Assembly (NCBI GenBank): GCA_002469885.1
Contig: DKOI01000029.1
Span: forward strand, 1-58,693
Reading direction: 5' to 3'
DNA length: 58,693 bases
Source: Legionellales bacterium UBA7366
GTDB lineage: Bacteria; Pseudomonadota; Gammaproteobacteria; UBA7366
Part shown: one piece after another, positions 1-12,700 of the stretch
How the letters are laid out: each line of letters begins with the position of its first letter
Numbering within the stretch: the stretch's first letter is position 1
The notes under the pieces: generated by a model
The model's database searches: none
What the model saw: only the letters and a program-made list of their open reading frames with translations
Told to the model about the DNA's origin: nothing
Position numbers and translations under genes: made by a program

Positions 1-389
1 CCTAAAATTTGTGATGCGCCCTCTCCGCCTGTGACACGGTTTAAGGTGATCGAATGGTTTCCGGCTTGTTGATCAAATCTCACAATTTCGTTTGCATCAA
101 CATCAAAGGTTTTCCAGTTAATAACGCCTTTGGCTTGCTGTTGTGTGACTGTCGTTAGGTTACCTGCATGATTGATATCAATGCCGCCTGTGATTATTTC
201 ATCTTGTACAGGGGCTGCATACGCAAAAGAATTGATAAGGAATGTGAGTGTGATGAATAAACCTGCGCTCGCTGAGAAGAAAGGCAGGTGAGAAGCACGC
301 GTAACGCTCAGAGGTTGAGGCACACACACGCCCGTTTTAGGCTGTGTATTGCGTTGTCTTGCTTGAAATAACCGTTTAAATAACCCCAT
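1..389 (-). CDS. 5-prime part of a second TpsA-type (filamentous-haemagglutinin family) exoprotein gene; continues beyond the left edge
   Basis: Own translation of the minus strand from ATG at 389-387. The frame is open to position 1, so it is absent from the ORF track: MGLFKRLFQARQRNTQPKTGVCVPQPLSVTRASHLPFFSASAGLFITLTFLINSFAYAAPVQDEIITGGIDINHAGNLTTVTQQQAKGVINWKTFDVDANEIVRFDQQAGNHSITLNRVTGGEGASQILG. A hydrophobic signal-like segment is followed by the INWxxF..F.Q..LNRVTGG..S.I.G signature of the TPS/haemagglutination-activity domain. It is paralogous to residues ~60-130 of the 5679-aa ORF. Confidence 0.75.
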   Translation of the reverse strand, partial: MGLFKRLFQARQRNTQPKTGVCVPQPLSVTRASHLPFFSASAGLFITLTFLINSFAYAAPVQDEIITGGIDINHAGNLTTVTQQQAKGVINWKTFDVDANEIVRFDQQAGNHSITLNRVTGGEGASQIL

Positions 390-540
390 AGCTTCTACCG
401 CTCCATACTTCTTTATATCTTTAAGTATAGTCAATAATTCAGGCTTTTCCATTTATGGGGTGAATGATTAATGCTTTTTATTTCAATGGGTTGCGGGCTT
501 TTATGGAAATGGACTGTATTTTGCTATCAATGAGTTAGGG

Positions 541-710
541 AGCGCTTCGCGCAGTTCCCGCACATCAGAAGGGCACAATAAAAACAAAGCGAACGCCTGC
601 AGGGATAAAAAAATATAATTCCCGCAGGCGCAACGCTTGCGCGTTGCTTGTGCGGGCTACATCAGAAGGACACGACACGCTTGCGCGTTGCTTGTGCGGG
701 CTAGACACGA
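541..710. repeat. Cluster of GC-rich palindromic REP/MITE-like repeat units (family A) between the two TpsA genes
   Basis: The arm CGCTTGCGCGTTGCTTGTGCGGGCTA occurs twice in direct orientation (about 634-659 and 678-703). Complementary arms are GCGAACGCCTGCAGGG and CCCGCAGGCGCAACGC. The same arm family (CGCGCTGCTTGTGCAGGCTAC / GTAGCCCGCACAAGAGAAC..GAACGCCTGCGGGG) recurs at 22171-22446. Confidence 0.7.
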
Positions 711-728
711 GATTGAGCGTTGAACTCA

Positions 729-3700
729 TCAATAAATAAACCCTGAAATCACATCATTATAAGGTCCCGGCACATAGGTCAAATTCGATTGAAGCTCATC
801 ATGAATATAAATAATCTTATTTGGCACCAAAAAGACTTTGAGTTTTTCATCCATCTCATTAAGGTGATATGGATAAAGCGGATTATAAGGCAAACCGATT
901 CGAGACAAGCCTGGGCGCGAAATGCCGAACGGTTGCGTGAAGTCAGCACTGGTGCGCATGATGGCCCATGCATCGGTTAGTCGACCGGTATTAAAACGGT
1001 TAACAACATAGACTTGATGCAATGACAATGGTGTGTAAATAGGTGCATACAAATGCGCTGTGCCACCTTCAGGTACCGCTAATGTCATCGGTGTACCAGG
1101 GCTGCTGACTTGTCCACCAAATCGTATGAAGCCACCTGATGCAGGTGCGCTCACCGTTAAATCAACCGGTGTGCTATTGGTAATCGCATCATCAAATAAT
1201 ACGGTACCTGCGCTAACTGAGCTGTCACCTACAACGTTGAGCACGCCTGGGAAATGAATGCTGTTTAAGCGCGTCACATTACCAATCTGTGCAAACAAAT
1301 CAACTGGCGTATCTGAGTTAAGCGTGAGATCACCAGGGCCATTGACCGTCGCAGGGTCCATAAAGCTTATGTTGTCATTCAATGCATTGAATACAATTTG
1401 TGTGCCATCTGCAAAAATGAGATTACCGGCGACATCAAAACTCGTATCAGAAGTTAATGTTGCGTCTGTTAAGAAATTTACATCACCTTGAATATCAACA
1501 ATAGGAACATTCAACATAGGATTTTCTAATTTTAATAAGATTCCTTCATCAGCTTCGATAATGAAAGGTTCGCCACCAGGATACGTATTAGCAATGTCTA
1601 ATGTGCCTCCGACTTTTAATAAATTCATCGCATCATTAAATCGACCCGCTTCTGATAAATGAACTGAGCTAGCTACTTGCGTTTTTACTACCTCAAACAA
1701 TCCTACAGGGAGCTCAACATGATTAACGCTGTTAACGGTTAATGTAATCGGATCGAGTGCTGTGCCAATAGGGTTGCCTGATGTGAAGATCAAATCGCCA
1801 GTGCCTGCAGCAATTGTCACCGCGCTTGTTCCCGTGTTAGCAAGAGGGCCTCCAAAGGTCACGTCACCGCCAGCTGTGTTGAAGTTGTTAATGCTATTGT
1901 CCAAATTAACATTGGAGTCAAAATCTATAGCACCACCAGTTGTTGTGATAACGTTAGGGCCTCCAACGAAATTGGTCACGCCCGCAAAATGTAGATTCCC
2001 GCCATCAGCGTTAAACGTATTACTGCCGTCAAAGCTCGCGGTGTTGTTGAATGTGACATTGACTGCGCTTGTGCTTAATACATTATTGCCATTCAGGGTA
2101 AGGTCTGAGTTAAATAACAGATCCCCTGCTTTTGTCGATAAGTTTTTGCCAGAGTTGACACTAGCAATAGTGTCAAACTGTATGTTCGCTGCTGTTGTTG
2201 TAATGTCACCGTCAACCGTGAAACTAGTGTCAGCAAGGGAATGAAAGGCAAGGCCTGAGTCGACCGTAACATCAGTGCCGGCAACGGTATACCCTAGTGT
2301 GTTAATTGCTGCAGTACTTAATAATGTGTTTGATGGCTCATTGATGCTATCAGCAAAAGACACAGCACGTACTTCGCCTTGTTTGATATCAAGATTGAAA
2401 CTAGGGATGACACCTGCATCATCATACAATTCGAAAACTGTGTTAGCAACACCGCTGCTTAAGAACAACAAAATCGCCTCGTCTCCTACGAAGTCTTTTT
2501 CACTGAATATGAGGGCGTAGTTATTGTTAGGGTCTGTTGCAGCGCTTGATACTGTCGTCACTCCCGCTTGGATAACACCGTTGCTGGCAAGGTTGACGGT
2601 TTCAGCAGGAAGATTCATATTCAAGGTGTCAAGCACACGACCGTAAATTGAAAACAAATCTTGAAATTGAAACACTGGATAATCCACACTGTTTTCAGGA
2701 TCACCTAGCATTTCCCAGATGCTGGCAAAATCAAAGCCATCAAAGGTGGATGCTTTACGCATTTGCGTATCGTCTTTTAGGCCAAGTATCAATCCGTCGC
2801 TACCAACCATATTTAGCCCGACATTCACACCCAAACCTGCATCTTTGAGTGCATAAGAGTTTTCTATATCGCCACCTGTCTTCTCACCAACGAGAGCGCC
2901 TTGACCTGCAACGACAATATCGGTTGCCGTGACATTACCCGAACTGTAGCTTGTTTTGATAAGCGATGTGCCAGTTTGCGTCCCAACAAGACCGCCAACC
3001 GCATCAAGTGCAGTCACATCGCCACGGGCATACGTATCGGTAGCGGTTGCACTGCCGCCAAGTACGCCGACTAAACCACCTACGTTATCACCGGTGCTAT
3101 ATACGTCTGCAATGCTAAAACTTTCAAATACAGCAGAATTGTTTAGGTCACCAATTAACCCCCCCGTATTATTGCCTCCGTAGACAACACCACTGCTATG
3201 TACTTGCGTAACAGTCGTGCCATTAACGGCTTGGCCGATCAGTGCGCCTGTATACGTTTCCGTAGAATCGATATCCGCATCCATTAATTCAACATTGTGG
3301 ATGCTTGCAGAATCAGTGTATCCAAAAAGCCCTGTGTTTTTGTTTGTTGTTAATATCGTTAAGCCTGTGATCGAAAAATCTTGTCCATCAAACGTGCCTT
3401 GGTAAGGATTTGATGAATCACCAATCGGTCTAAAGCCTGCGCCATCATACCAGTGCTCGGTGCCGCTTGCATCGATATTTTCAGATAATGAAATATTAGC
3501 GCCTGGATTCAAGGTTAATGATGTTGATCCTATCCCTTGTAAGCCATAGACATCTGAAATGAAGATATTTGGAAAGCTATTAAAATTGCCCCTCAAAAAG
3601 ACGGCAACATCAACATCTCCGAGTCGAAAATCTCTTGCGCTAAAGGTTTGTAGTGTTGGATTAAGCAGATCTTGCGCCCATACGCCCCTTTCTAAATAGA

Positions 3701-6700
3701 ATGTGTCTAGATCAACAGTGCTGCCTGCTAGTATCTGCTTGCCAATAAGCATGTTTAACGTCAACATGCTGTAGTCGCTTGAAATAGCTTCCTGAAAATT
3801 TAACGCAGTAGCACCAGTTGAGGTAGAGCTAAAAACGGTATCACCTCGGAAGTGGAGTGGAAAATCAAATGCTGTGGTGTTTACCAATTGCAAGTTTCCC
3901 GCAATAACGGCCTCATTTGCTAAGAAGCTAATGTCATTTGGTTTTATCACATTTCCATCGAGTACAATCGCACCAGGTCCTGCATCAATATTGAGGTTGT
4001 AAGTGTCAGCAGGCGTGCTGAGTATGTCAGCATTTAAATACACATTTCCAGTGCTTGCGTTATTGTCGAGCGTTATGTCTCCGCTGCTAAGTTCTAGCGT
4101 GTCATTAAACGCGATGCCCCTATCGCTTGTTGATATTATCGTTTCATTGGATCCCGTGCTATATTCGTTGTTGGCAATAAAGGCATTGCTCGACGTGTCG
4201 AGTGTTGAGCCAGAGACAGTATAGCCAATGCTGCTACTCATGTAGTTTTTGGTTGCGTCATTCAATAGCGCCATGTCAACGTCTGTACCGTTTTCATATC
4301 CTGCAATGATGGTATCTTGAATAAGATTGAGATCGGTGACATCAACATCATCTTCTTTTCTAAATAGCGTGTTGGCGGTAAAGCCTGTGTTGTTATCGAC
4401 AAATATTATCACTTCATCACCGGCAGCATTTTCCATTTCACGCGCGCTTAAGGCAAATGAATAACTGCCATCGCTTAAGCTCACCGTGTGGCGTGCGATA
4501 CTGCTGCCGCCACCTAACACAACACCGATGTTTTGTGCAGAAGCACTTAGAGAAGAATCATACACCTGACCGCTTATTGCATCTAAGTTACCTTCTGCAA
4601 TCAAACGTGGCGCATCAATGCCTTCTGGAATTTGCCAAATGCTTGTGAAATCCCATCCAGCGTTGGTGTAAGTTGATTTTGTTAGTGCCTCTGCGTGGGT
4701 GAGGCCCGTGCCGGCTGCGCTGGTCGCTTGTCCGGTTGTGTCGACATCCCAAAACGAATTTTTTACGGTTCCGCCAAATCCTTGACTGGATCCCATTAAG
4801 CCACCAGCATTGTTGCCTGTGATGGGACCTGCGGCATAACTGTTAATGATCGTTGCTTGAGAGCCAATAATGCCGGTCAAACCGCCTGTGTCAAAACCGG
4901 AGTTCACTTCTGCCGTATTGCTGACACTGCCTAGGGTATATGAATTGAAAACCTTGCCCGAGTTAAAAAGACCAATTAAGCCTCCCATGCTCCACGCATA
5001 GCCTGAAACGTTGGCAGTGCTGTAACTGTTTTGAATGATAGAGTCCGCGTCATCTTGCATTATACCGATTAAGCCACCTGCCCAGGCAGCGTTAGTTGCA
5101 TAGATATTCCCTGTGGAGTAACTATTTTGTACGCGGGATGCTCCGGTCATATAGCCTGCCAAAGCAGCCAATCGCTGTCCACCTTCTATATGCACAGAGG
5201 TTAAGCCAAGATCCTTAATGAGAGCGCCCTCACCAACAGCTTCAAATAAAGCCACAAAATCTCCTGAGTCCCATTTCATATACAAGCCATCAATTTCATG
5301 CTGCTGGCCATCAAGTGTTCCCAAAAACCTGTCGTTATACGACCCAATAGGCTCAAATCCTGCATACTCTGGCGTGCCTGTTGTACAACTAGAGATACAA
5401 TTCCATTCGCGTGTCACGGACGCATCGATATCTTGCGTTAATGTGTAGATGCCATCTAAGTCGAGCGTTGCTAATTGCAAGTCAACCGCATCATCAATTT
5501 CAAAATGATTATCCGATGTGCGCATTAAATTTAATTCAAGTTGCAAATGCGGCAAGCCTGCCATGATCCACGTGTTGCCGCCGTTTTCATAAAAATCGCT
5601 GCCCCAACCAGTGAATGTATTGATATTGGTGAGTTCGGCAGTGGTTATTTTATCGACGCCACCTAATGTGCCACCTCCAATTGCATTCATTACATCATTG
5701 ACACTGCTGTCAATGAATGAGTTTTGCACTTGATTTCCGCCATTAAATCCTATAAATGCACCCACATTGCTGCCGGTGCTGTTTATTTTACTGGTTGAGT
5801 AAGAATTCTCTATCGAGACGCCAATATAATTTTGTCCTACGATACCGCCTATCTGGCCTAGACCGGTTAATTCGCCCGTGGAGTAAACGTTTTTCAGCGT
5901 TGTACCGCTTGTTGCATTAGTGCCGCTGAGTGTTCCGGCAATACCGCCTAGGTTAAATTTGCCGGTAATATCGACATCGGTGTATATGTTTGAAATTGTT
6001 GGATTGAAATTACCGTTACTGATTCCAACGAGTCCGCCAGCCCAGCTTTCTGCTGAATCGATTGTACCTGAGACAGACACATCTGATATCGTTCCATTGC
6101 TCGAGCTCTCACCAACAAGTCCTCCTGTAAACCCATTAGCGATAATGTCAATGTCAACTAAGTTTACATTGGTTATCGCTAGTGCGTTCCCGGCCACCTT
6201 ACCAAACAATCCGACTGACACTTCTAAGGGTCTATTAATGGTTAAATCTGAAATGTTGTAGCCATTACCGTCTAACTGCCCTATAAATTCTGAGCCGTTA
6301 GTAAAACCAATCGGTTTAAACCCAGCACCTGCATTCCAATTCACGGTATCACTTGCATCGATATCAGCTGTTAATGTGTAGTCGGCTGACAAGTCGTTTA
6401 TCATTAATTGCAATTCAATCACATTGTTAACTAATGTATCATTAAACGCTCTCAACATTGGATAGCCTGCCATGATCCAGTCTGTTGAGAAATTCCAATT
6501 ATTGCCAGGTGTGCTTGTGATAACAGATTGTGTCATAAGACCTTCTGTATCAAGCCCCACTAATTCATTAAGACCTGGCTGTGGATTTGTTGGTGGAACA
6601 CCAATGGCATAACCAGAAGTTTCAGTATTCCAAAAAGAATGCGTGATATTACCCGTTATGTTTTGGCCAATAAATCCTGCAAAATTTAAACCTGTGCCGC

Positions 6701-9700
6701 TAACCAAACCTGTGCTGTATGCTTGGTCAAGCATGGCGCCAGAATAGGTTCCTGCAAACCCGCCAACATTGGTACTTCCATTTGAGCCAATCACATCACC
6801 TTGCGCATACACGCGTGAAAGCTTGGCGCCAGCTTTAATGTCACCTGCAAAACCGCCTGCTATGCCGAAAATGCCCCCTGTGACAGTTGACATACTAAAA
6901 CTGTTGGTCACATTATTCGTACCACTGTTAATCACACCAATAAGCCCACCTGTTCGTTGCCAGCCACCAATAACAGATCCCAAACTGTACGCTTGATCTA
7001 TGGTTGCATCCGTGCCTAAGACACCGATCACGCCACCCACATTATCTGACATACCTTGAACGCGCCCTTCTACAAAGACATTACTGATAGATGCGCCTGC
7101 AACAGGATTAACATTATTCACATCACCCACGAGAGCACCCACATTGGAATTACCGATAATATCAACATTCGTCAATCCAATATGCTGAATCTCGACAGTT
7201 GCGCCAGTTGTTGCTGAAAATAACCCGACATAATTTTCGGTTGGGCGATGAATCGTTAACCCGTCAATGAGGTGGCCTCCACCATTGAAGATACCTTGAT
7301 AAGCAGAACCACCACTCCCTATAGGCATAAACCCTTCGCCATCATTCCATGATTCGGTCACGCGGGCATCGATGTTGTTTACGACAGTATAATCATTTGT
7401 CATGGACAAGGTATTGAGGCCTTGCAAACCATACACATCAGCAATTTGGAATGGTGTCGTTGAGTTTAAGAAACGTTTAAATTCGCCCCCCGTCAAACGA
7501 AAATCGTTTGCATAAAATGTTTGAGCCGTAGGGTCAATCGACTGCTGATCCCAGGTGCCGTCTTGTAATTCAAAATACGCAAGATCAACATCGGCTTCGG
7601 CTGTAGCAGTCCCTTCGCCAGAGAAAATAAGCCCCGTGTTGAACTCTTTACTGCTAACATCATTTAAGAAATAGACGCCTCCATTGACATGCGCATCTAG
7701 TGCAAATGTTTCATCGATGACGAGTTCCTCGGTTGTCACTAAGTTGGTATTATTTGTAAACCTCAGCGTATCATCAGAATATTCCACCCTCACACCTTTC
7801 CCTTGATAATCACCCACCGCATCAGCAATGTCTGAAATGAAAAATGTGTCGCCTGGCGCCGCCCATATACCAATAATCTTAGAGATCGCAGTTGGTGGTG
7901 ACACGGCTAGCATATACGTATCAAGCAACAACGGACCGTTACTGCTAATAAGTTCTTGGCCATCAGTCACCATCACCACATTCGCTGAATCACTGCTATC
8001 ATTAAACAAGAGCAAATGACTGCCTGCTGGAACACGGTCTTCACGCATCGTAATCATGTAAGAATCATTCGTTAGGAACTCACCTTTAAAGCCAGTCAAC
8101 AGACCATCACTTAAGAGCGCGACCACATCACCTGTCGTACCATCATTGCCTGCAGTCGACACGATGCCGTATGCGTTTTCACTTATTAAGTGAGGGTAAT
8201 CATAATACTCTGTACCGCTGTCAGGTAAAATCCATTCCCAGGTGTCCGCGAAATCTAATCCTACCAACACAGCACTGTCTTTCATTTCAGCAGTCAATTC
8301 TATGCCGGTGGTGCCGGCTATTGAATTGTTATTTCCATTGGCCGCGCCTGTCATTTTAGTTGACTGTTCATCCCAGAAAAGTTTATCGAGGCTACTGCCA
8401 GACAGATACAAACCAAATAGCCCACCGGCATCAGAACTTGCTGTAACCCTACCTGTTGCAAAGCCTTCACTGACACTGCCACCGGATAACTCCCCAAACA
8501 AACCACCAACATAACTATCACCCCTAACAGCGCCTGTTGCATACACTTCTTGAATATCAGCATTTTGTACTAGACCGATTAATCCGCCTGCATAACTTGA
8601 ACTAGCGAATACATCACCAATGGCATAAGCATTCTGCACTGTCATTTCGTTTGAGGCATCAACGCTTTCTATTGCACCAACCAAACCACCAACCTGCCCA
8701 CCATCGCCCATCACTGTCGCAGCGCTATAAACGTATGCTAATGATGATTTGTATCTTAGCGCACCCGCAAGGCCACCAACGACATCATCACCACTCACCG
8801 TACCGGTCGCAAAACTATGACTTATTGCTGACATAGTCGCCTCACCCACTAAGCCACCGACACGGTCGATACCGTACACCGTACCATTAATAACCCCAAC
8901 ATTATCAATTGTTGACGCTATCACAGATCCACTTAATGCACCGACCTTATTGTTAGCTACCCCTGGCGCTGTTACAACAGGATTAATTAACTCTAGATTT
9001 GAAACATCACTAAGATGAACAAAAGAAAACAACCCTATACTTTCTAAATTGGTATTTGTTGGTCTGACAAAAAGATCACGAATTGCAAAACCCTGTCCGT
9101 CTAAACTACCGGCAAAAAGCCCAATAGGCGTAAATCCATTGTACAGACCGGACGCATAATTCCATGCTTCTGTTTGACTGGCATCAATATCATTCATAAG
9201 CACATAGTCAGAAAAAGGATCTAAGACCGTTAAAGCTAATTCATTAACGTTAGTGATGTCTGTTGTGTGTTCCATTTGCAAATGTGGTGTGCCGGCCATA
9301 ATCCACTCACCGCCTGGAAGGCCGAAAGCACTATTTTCAAAATTCCAATCAGTAAATGTGGCTTCTTGTGTCATTTGATTAGGCGTTTTACCTATAACAC
9401 CCGCACCGGCACTACCTGCTTGGCCAGAGGTCTGAATGTTCCAATAGGTATTCGTATTACTATCAAACGCTGACCAAAAACCTAGAAAACCACCCGTAGA
9501 CCCAGCGCCGGTCACGAACCCTTCTGAGTATGCATTGGTGATACCACCTTCAGAGGAACCTGCAAAACCACCGACATTATTATCACCTGTCACTGACCCT
9601 GTTGCATAAGCGTTGAATACTCGTCCATTCACTTGGATCGATCCGACCAAACCACCAGCGCCATTGGAGGCTGCTGTAACATCCCCGGTTGCAAACGATG

Positions 9701-12700
9701 TTTTAACTATCCCGCCCCCAAAAACACTTCCAACTAAACCACCAACAACAAATTCACCCGTGACATCATCTGTTGCATACGAATTTTCAATAGTCGAACC
9801 ACTGTCAATGAGGCCCGCCAATCCACCGACAAAATTGCGGCCGTTGACATTACCCTTATTGTAGGCGCTAGTTATAAGCGAGAAAACATCGGCCTGACCT
9901 ACCAAACCACCTGTATAGTTACCTCCTACAATCGTGCCACCAATTAATCCGATATTCTTGATCGTGGCATTCTGTATATACCCGAACATACCAACATTTT
10001 CAGTAGAGCTTCTATTAATAAATAAATCCCTCACTGCAAACCCACGGCCATCAAGTTGACCTGTGAATTTCGTACTGTCATTACCTATTGGATTAAATCC
10101 AGCACCACTATTCCAATATTCCGTATCACTCGCATCAATATCACGCGTTAATACATAATCCCCTTGCATATCTAAAGTCACATAACGCAACTGTTCTGCC
10201 TCAGCAATATTGTAACTGAGCGCAGATTGTAGAACAGGCGTAAGCTGGCCATCCTCATCGCCGAGATAAACCCACGTGTCTTCAATACCGCGATTGTTAT
10301 TGTTGAAGCCCCAACCCAAATTAGAGAATGTCGATTCGTCCGCGCGTTCAACTGATGTGATGCCTATAGGTGAACCTATGACTATTCCCTCGTTAAAACC
10401 AATAGGCGCATAGAAACCGCTGCTTTCAACGTCCCAAAGTACATTATTAAAATCAACGGTTGCATTCTGCGCGATATGGCCAATTAAACCTGCTGTTGAT
10501 GAATTTTCATCGTGTATAAGTGAAGTCACATTGCCCGCAGAATAACTGTCAATAATAGACAGGCGCGTTGCATCATTCGCGTTCCAATCAACGACCCCAA
10601 TCATTCCCCCGGTATTACCCCCGCCGCCACGCACGTTTGCTGTTGTATAAGAATCTTGAATCACAATATGCGCTTGCGTACTTGTCAATAAAGCAGGATT
10701 AATCGCCCCCACTAATCCGCCTGTGCCATAAAGTAGCGAGTCATTTTGCACATCCCCAGTTGAAAAAACACGATTAAGCATCATTGGGCGATTATCTAAA
10801 GAATACAGATAGCCAACCAAGCCCCCAACACGGCCATTAGAATTCGTCGCTGTCACAGAGCCTGTAGAATACACATTATCAAAAACTGTAGATCCTCCTA
10901 ACATATAACCCACGACACCCCCTAAATCTGATACACCAACAATATCAGCCGAACTCCAACTGTCGATAATTCTACCTTCTCTCATAGACCCGACTAAGCC
11001 GCCCACATTGGTACTCACACCAGCAAGACCAATAGTCCCGCCTGAAACATAACTGTTTTGAATCAAGCCATCAGTTCGAAGTGTTGTTGGACTAAAGTAA
11101 CCTGAGAGACCACCAACATACGTATTACCAATGATAGTAGGGTCTATTAACCCTACATTTTTAACGACCCCACCATTATCAAGCCGCGAAAATAACCCAA
11201 TCTCACTTTCAGAGGGCCGAGTAATGGATAAATTTGAAATAGTATAATTTTGACCGTCAAGCGTTCCGTCAAAACCTTCATTAAGAAGATTATTAATAGG
11301 ATTGAATCCTTCCCCATTATTCCAACCCGCTGTTTCAGAAGCATCAATATTATTTCTTAATGTATACTCTCCGGTGGTATCAACATTGATTAACTGCAAT
11401 TGGGTGACATTTTGAATGCCGAAAATTTTTGCCATTGTATTTTCAATTTGAAGGTGTGGATAATCATCCTCTTTCACCATGATCCAATCACCATAGACAC
11501 CCGTACTATTGTTTAGAAAACTCCAACCAGCATAAGTGCCTTCTGTTTGCATTTGAGCTGTAAAATACCCTGTTCCACCGCCTGCACTGCTTGTTTGGCC
11601 CGTTGTTGCAATATCCCAATAAGAATTCGTTACTGTCCCTGCATTATCTGTTCCGACCAAACCTCCCACATCACCCAGGCCAAGCACTTTTCCACGCGCA
11701 TACGTATTGATAATGATAGAGTCATCATTAATGCCGGCAATACCACCGGTACTTGGGGTGCTTGTATAATTTATATCACCGAATAAATCTAACCCGCCAA
11801 ACACATCACTCTTCGTATAAGCATTCATCACAGTGGAAGAATCACTATTTGAACCAACAATCCCACCACCAATTAATGCCATATAAACCTTCCCAGATGA
11901 ATGCGCATTAAGAATCATTGCCCTACGGTTTTCACCAACTAAACCACCACTATTCGTAAAACCAAACACGGTGCTGTCTGCGTAAGCATTACTAAGCCAT
12001 GAGTCTGCTTGCTCGCCCAACACACCGCCGACAAAATTTAACCCTTGCACATAATTCTCATCGACAAACACATTATGCACTCGGGTTCTATTATCGCTTG
12101 AAGCAACGAGACTACCTACATAGAATTCACCTATATAGCTTGAATCTGTCACGCCCAAATTAGAAATAGTTGCCCCGCTGGTTTTTGCAAAAAGTCCAAC
12201 GAATGACTGGTTGTTTCTATCAAACCATAAATTACTGACAGTGTAACCACGCCCGTCCAAGCTCCCTGTAAACGGTGTGCCGTCAAACACGATATCAAAA
12301 TCTGGATCTGAATCTGTAATTAAGGCAATTGGACTAAAACCATAATAGTCTGTGGCACTTTCAGGATTCCAGTGAACGGTTTCACTCGCATCGATATTAT
12401 TGGCTAAGAAATAATTACCGGTTAAATCAACATCGATCATTTGTAATTCATTCACGTTTTTAATGCCGAACGTTTGCGCTAAGGTATTTTCCATTTGAAG
12501 ACGTGGGTAACGCGCAGAGCCTGCCATATACCAATCGCCTTCCACACCCACATTGTTATTCGTGAAATCCCAGTCAACATCCGTGTAGGTTTTCTGTGTT
12601 TGCATATCGGCGGTTGATTTGCCTATAACACCAGCCCCACCGGCACTGCTTGCTTTCCCTGACGTATCAACATCCCAGAAAGAACCCGTTACAGTACCAC

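Noticed and set aside
729-2660. A possible CDI (CdiA-like) toxin tip with an immunity gene downstream of the giant TpsA.
   Set aside because: There is no VENN or pre-toxin motif. There is no small ORF in the 340-bp downstream spacer, which is filled with repeats. The next gene is another TpsA.
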